Positions 60,085-64,000 of a stretch of 64,000 nt of DNA are shown one piece after another. Under the pieces are notes generated by a model, which had not been told where the DNA came from, ran no database searches, and worked only from the letters and a program-made list of their open reading frames with translations. This DNA is from Patescibacteria group bacterium (GTDB lineage: Bacteria; Patescibacteriota; Microgenomatia; UBA1400; PJMF01). Location: NCBI GenBank assembly GCA_016861085.1, contig BOKR01000001.1, positions 668,081-732,080 of the forward strand, written 5' to 3'. A program made the position numbers and the translations under genes. Every line of letters starts with the position of its first letter. Positions within the stretch are counted from its first letter, which is position 1.

Positions 60085-63000
60085 CCTCCGCTACTTCATC
60101 ACTGAGTTCTGACTCATCTGGTTCTGTAAAATCCATGTCTTCTACATCTTCAAGTTCAGCATCATCATCTACTGCAACTTCTTCCTCTGAGCTATTATCG
60201 AATTCATCTGCTGCCATTTCTTCTGGGGCGAGTTCGATTTTTTCTTCTGTTACAACTTCTTCTTCTTCTTCAATTTCATGAGGAACAACGTCGATACCAA
60301 GTGAATTCAACTCTCTCATTAAGACTCTAAATGATTCTGGAACTGTTGGTTCTGGAATATCAAGACCTTTAACAATAGATTCAAAAGCCTTTGCTCTACC
60401 CATCACATCGTCAGATTTAATGGTAAGCATTTCTTGCAAGGTATGAGCTGCCTTATGTGCCTCAAGTGCCCAGACTTCCATTTCTCCAAGTCTTTGACCA
60501 CCCATTTGTGCTTTACCACCAAGAGGTTGTTGTGTGACTAAAGAATATGGACCAGTTGAACGAGCATGCATTTTGTCTTCCACCATGTGTGAAAGTTTCA
60601 AAATATACCCAATACCAACTGTGGTTGTTTCAGCAAATTTTTCACCAGTTCTACCGTCAATTAATTGAGCTTTACCAGTGACTGGTAATCCTGCTCTTTC
60701 AAGTTCTTGCCAGATTTTAGCTTCTTCAAATTGCTCAAATGCTGGGATAGCAATCTTGTAACCAAGTTTTTGTGCTGCCCATCCTGCATGTGCTTCCAAA
60801 AGCTGTCCAAGGTTCATACGAGCCAAGACAGAAAGTGGTGAAATAATAATGTCAACAGGAGTACCATCTTCTAAGTGTGGCATGTCAGCGGTTGGAATTA
60901 TCTTTGAAATAACACCTTTATTACCATGACGTCCTGCTAACTTATCACCAACAGTGATTTTTCTAACTTGTGCAACTTTCACAGTTACTTCTTTAAGAGT
61001 ACCTGGATCAAGTTCATCTCCTAGGTCAGTGTCTAAAACTTGCACTTCTATAACAGTACCAGCTTGACCATGAGGTAGTCTCAAGGATGTATCACGAACC
61101 TCTCTGGATTTTTCACCAAAGATAGCACGCAACAATCTTTCTTCTGGAGAAAGTTCTGTTTCACCTTTTGGAGCAATCTTACCAACTAAAATATCACCTG
61201 AAGTAACAACACTTCCAACTCTAATAATACCGTCTGGAGTCAAGTTTGAAAGATACACTTCTGAAACGTTAGGAATATCGTTGGTGAGTTCTTCTGCACC
61301 CAATTTGGTGTCCATCACTTTTGCTTTGTATTCGTTAATCTGAACAGAAGTCAATGTATCATCTCGCACCAGTCTCTCTGAGATAACGATAGCGTCTTCA
61401 TACCCAAGACCTTCAAAAGATGCGTACGCAATTGTTAAGTTTGCACCAAGTGCTAACTCACCCTGATCAGCTGCAGGACCATCAATGATGACATCACCTG
61501 CAACAACTTTATCACCAGCTTTTACAATTGGTCGCTGTGAGTATGAGGTTGATTGTGAAGTTCTTACAAATTTTGTGATTGTGTATGTGTCAACACCATC
61601 TGCATAGTGATATACCTCATCATTAAGCTCTTCTGCTTCAGCTTCAGCTTTTTTGATTGCTGGTTTTGCAAGTTCGACAACTACTTTGGTAGCGTCAACA
61701 TAGCTTACTGTACCATCATGAAGCGCTGTAACTGTTCTATCCATTGCTGTTGCGATCGCTGCTTCCATACCAGTTCCAACGATTGGAGCCTGTGGTCGAA
61801 CTAAAGGCACTGCTTGACATTGCATGTGAGTACCCATCAAAGCACGGTTCGCTTCGTCATTAGCAATAAATGGAATCAATGATGCTGAAGTACCAATCAC
61901 TTGGTGAGGAACAACATCTATATATTGAACCTCTTGGACTGGACCTTCAGTAAAGTTATTCATATAACGAATAGCAACCCACTCGTCTTGAATAACACCT
62001 GAATCATCTATCTTAACACTTGCATGAGTGATTCTGTAATCTTCTTCTTCGTCAGCTGAAAGGTAAGAAATTTCGTCAGAAACCACCATTTTGCCGTTTT
62101 TGTTCTCGACTTTTCTGTATGGAGCTTCTAAAAATCCGAATGCATTAACTCGAGCGTATAGAGTTAAGTAGGTAACCAAACCAATATTTGGACCTTCTGG
62201 AGATCTCACCGGGTCAATTCTTGAGTATTGTGATGCATTAATGTCACGCATAGAAAATGATGCGCGCTCTCTGGTAACACCACCAGTACCCATGACTGAC
62301 AAACGTCGTAAATTGTCAATTTCTGAAAGCGGGTTGGTTTGATCTAAGATTGTTGAAAGTCTGTTTCTTCTGAAGAATTCAGAAATTGTAGCGATTAATG
62401 GTCTTGCATTAACCAAAGCTGCTGGAGTTAATACATCCTCAGTTTTAGTAAGGGACATTTTTTCACGAATTGATTTTTCAAGTCTAATTAATCCAATCCT
62501 GAATGCCGATTCTCGAACCAATTCACCAATTTGTCTGACTCTTCGGTTACTTAAGTGGTCAATATCATCAACCTTTCCTTGACCATTTTGTAGTTTGAGC
62601 AAGTATTTTACGGTTGCAACGATATCTTCTTTAGTAAGGATAGTTGTTTCTTGATCGACAGAGAGACTAAGTCTTCTGTTTAGTTTATATCTTCCGACTC
62701 TACCCAGATCATATCTTCTTGGATCAAAGAATAATTGCTTAAAATACTCTCTTGAAGTTTCCAAAACTGCTGGTTCTCCTGGTCTCATCTTTTCATAGAT
62801 TTCGATCAGAGCCTCTTCTTGTGTTTTGGTTGCATCTTTTTCAATTGTGTTTGCTACCAAATTATATTCGTCTAAGGCAATTTCTTCCTTGAGCAAGTCC
62901 AAAATTTCTTCATCACTTGCATACCCCAATGCTCTTAACAAAACACTTACTGGAATTTTTCTTCTTCTGTCAATTTTAACTGTGATGACATCACGTTTTC

Positions 63001-63514
63001 CAACAGTAACTTCAATCCATGAACCTCTTTTTGGTCTAAGTTCTGCAGTATATAAACTGCGTCCAAGAGTATTTTCCATAGCACCGCTAAAGAAAACTCC
63101 TGGTGATCGCACTAATTGGGTAACAACAGCACGTTCAATACCGTTAATAATAAATGTACCAATTTTAGTCATTTTAGGAATATCACCTAAAAAGACTTCC
63201 TGAGTTTTTTCTTCGCCGGTTCGTTTGTTGATCAAGGTAGCCTCGACATACAAAGGCATATCATAAGTAACACCTTTATTTTTGGCTTGAGTAACAGTGT
63301 ATTTTGATTTTCCAAATCGAAAGTCACCAAAAGAGAGTGACCAGTTTTTACCAGTGTAATCTTCGATACCTTTTTCACCATTGACTTCTTGCAAAGCTCT
63401 TTTGATCCCGTTGTCCAAAAAATCTCTGTAAGAATCCAATTGTAATTTAATTAAGTCTAGTTCTGGAAGGATTGTATGTGACTGTCCCCAATTGAGACGA
63501 AGTTTGTTCTGCAT
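60074..63514 (-). CDS. rpoB: DNA-directed RNA polymerase subunit beta with an approx. 65-aa poly-acidic C-terminal tail
   Basis: Conserved Rpb2-type regions (…[17 protein letters not shown]…, …PFLEHDDANRALMG-like…). C-terminus [11 protein letters not shown]…DEVAEDEE. 1146 aa. Confidence 0.95.
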   Translation of the reverse strand: MQNKLRLNWGQSHTILPELDLIKLQLDSYRDFLDNGIKRALQEVNGEKGIEDYTGKNWSLSFGDFRFGKSKYTVTQAKNKGVTYDMPLYVEATLINKRTGEEKTQEVFLGDIPKMTKIGTFIINGIERAVVTQLVRSPGVFFSGAMENTLGRSLYTAELRPKRGSWIEVTVGKRDVITVKIDRRRKIPVSVLLRALGYASDEEILDLLKEEIALDEYNLVANTIEKDATKTQEEALIEIYEKMRPGEPAVLETSREYFKQLFFDPRRYDLGRVGRYKLNRRLSLSVDQETTILTKEDIVATVKYLLKLQNGQGKVDDIDHLSNRRVRQIGELVRESAFRIGLIRLEKSIREKMSLTKTEDVLTPAALVNARPLIATISEFFRRNRLSTILDQTNPLSEIDNLRRLSVMGTGGVTRERASFSMRDINASQYSRIDPVRSPEGPNIGLVTYLTLYARVNAFGFLEAPYRKVENKNGKMVVSDEISYLSADEEEDYRITHASVKIDDSGVIQDEWVAIRYMNNFTEGPVQEVQYIDVVPHQVIGTSASLIPFIANDEANRALMGTHMQCQAVPLVRPQAPIVGTGMEAAIATAMDRTVTALHDGTVSYVDATKVVVELAKPAIKKAEAEAEELNDEVYHYADGVDTYTITKFVRTSQSTSYSQRPIVKAGDKVVAGDVIIDGPAADQGELALGANLTIAYASFEGLGYEDAIVISERLVRDDTLTSVQINEYKAKVMDTKLGAEELTNDIPNVSEVYLSNLTPDGIIRVGSVVTSGDILVGKIAPKGETELSPEERLLRAIFGEKSREVRDTSLRLPHGQAGTVIEVQVLDTDLGDELDPGTLKEVTVKVAQVRKITVGDKLAGRHGNKGVISKIIPTADMPHLEDGTPVDIIISPLSVLARMNLGQLLEAHAGWAAQKLGYKIAIPAFEQFEEAKIWQELERAGLPVTGKAQLIDGRTGEKFAETTTVGIGYILKLSHMVEDKMHARSTGPYSLVTQQPLGGKAQMGGQRLGEMEVWALEAHKAAHTLQEMLTIKSDDVMGRAKAFESIVKGLDIPEPTVPESFRVLMRELNSLGIDVVPHEIEEEEEVVTEEKIELAPEEMAADEFDNSSEEEVAVDDDAELEDVEDMDFTEPDESELSDEVAEDEE

Positions 63515-63565
63515 GGTAATGCTTTCGTTTCTACTTAGTATCTCGAGGTGATTATTTCTTGACCA

Positions 63566-63607
63566 CTAAAAAATGGAGAGACCAATTCCAAGGATTTAGT
63601 TCTCTCC
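63566..63607 (-). terminator. Hairpin GGAGAGA-N19-TCTCTCC followed on the minus strand by ATTTTTTAG, in the rpoB leader / downstream of mltG. Could be a terminator or attenuator.
   Basis: Read directly at 63575-63607 with the A-run at 63568-63573. Confidence 0.4.
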
Positions 63608-63713
63608 TTTATCTTATTTAGCTAGACTAAAAGTCATAGACTTTACTGTACTCAAGAAATTACCCCACTATTTTTTTGTACACTGAACTGCCGATTATAA
63701 CAAAAGTTGCCCG

Positions 63714-64000
63714 TTAGCGCAAGTATTTATTTATATTTGCGTTATGCTGTTCAAGTGTTGCCGCCGTATAGATGTTCCCATCATCTGCATGAATGTAATA
63801 GAAGTCGCTACTTTTTAAAGGTAACAGCGTAGCTTTTATCGCATCATAACTTGGATTTGCAATCGGTTTTGGCGGAAGCCCAGGATGCAAATACGTGTTA
63901 AACAGTGAATTAAGCTGTTTTTGGTCAGCGGTTGGAGGTGCCCACCACGTTTTTTGTAAATTGTTATAGCCAGCAGCATACTGTAGCGTAGCATCAACTT
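63714..64000 (-). CDS. mltG: Endolytic murein transglycosylase MltG/YceG. C-terminal 95 aa only; the N-terminus is beyond the window end.
   Basis: My own minus-strand translation: …VDATLQYAAGYNNLQKTWWAPPTADQKQ…YLHPGLPPKPIANPSYDAIKATLLP…DFYYIHADDGNIYTAATLEQHNANINKYLR*. This matches the YceG C-terminal consensus (GLPPGPIxNPG…YFVA…G.H.F..T..EHN). Confidence 0.7.
   Translation of the reverse strand, partial: VDATLQYAAGYNNLQKTWWAPPTADQKQLNSLFNTYLHPGLPPKPIANPSYDAIKATLLPLKSSDFYYIHADDGNIYTAATLEQHNANINKYLR

Noticed and set aside
60066-60281. 71-aa poly-Ser ORF on the plus strand
   Set aside because: Mirror image of the poly-Glu/Asp tail of rpoB; not a gene.
1-64000. CRISPR arrays, rRNA/tRNA genes, IS elements, integrases or prophage genes
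   Set aside because: No regularly spaced direct repeats, no tRNA-like structures in any intergenic region over 100 nt, and no transposase or integrase motifs (DDE, tyrosine recombinase R..HxxR..Y) in any ORF.

Overview
This is 64 kb of a low-GC (roughly 38-42% by eye), densely coding bacterial chromosome. Inference: it likely comes from a Patescibacteria/CPR-type organism. The evidence is that rpmD (L30) is missing between rpsE and rplO, many housekeeping proteins carry Lys/Ala-rich low-complexity tails, leaders are very short or absent, and the cell-wall gene set is reduced. The right half (32.9-63.5 kb, minus strand) holds a contiguous run of conserved operons: rpoB-rpoC, then rpsL-rpsG-fusA-tuf, the S10 operon (rpsJ through rpsQ), the spc operon (rplN through rpmJ, including secY-adk-map-infA), the alpha operon (rpsM-rpsK-rpsD-rpoA-rplQ) and rplM-rpsI. 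A 658-aa flavoprotein-like gene with its own promoter is inserted between rpoC and rpsL. The middle carries recA, rny, secG, an orphan solute-binding protein, and a five-gene envelope operon (PspC-domain protein, FemAB-family transferase, DegT aminotransferase, membrane-anchored Mur ligase, alpha/beta hydrolase). It also carries a cyclophilin lipoprotein, prfB, a ftsE-ftsX-hydrolase module, a lamin-tail-domain protein, VanZ, HU, and an ABC exporter with four paralogous ABC-2 permeases around one ATPase. The left 9 kb looks accessory. It has a partial UvrD/PcrA helicase (my own reading; not in the ORF track because it runs off the window), a Nudix hydrolase, and a DUF2130-like coiled-coil protein. 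It also has an uncharacterised divergent module: a 451-aa orphan opposite a coupled pair of a 401-aa protein with a C-terminal OmpR-type winged helix and a 503-aa orphan. Three 11-bp phased direct repeats sit in the divergent promoter of that module, and this is my best candidate for an undescribed system. No rRNA, tRNA, CRISPR array or obvious transposase was found. All protein calls rest on motif recognition from memory; no database search was possible.
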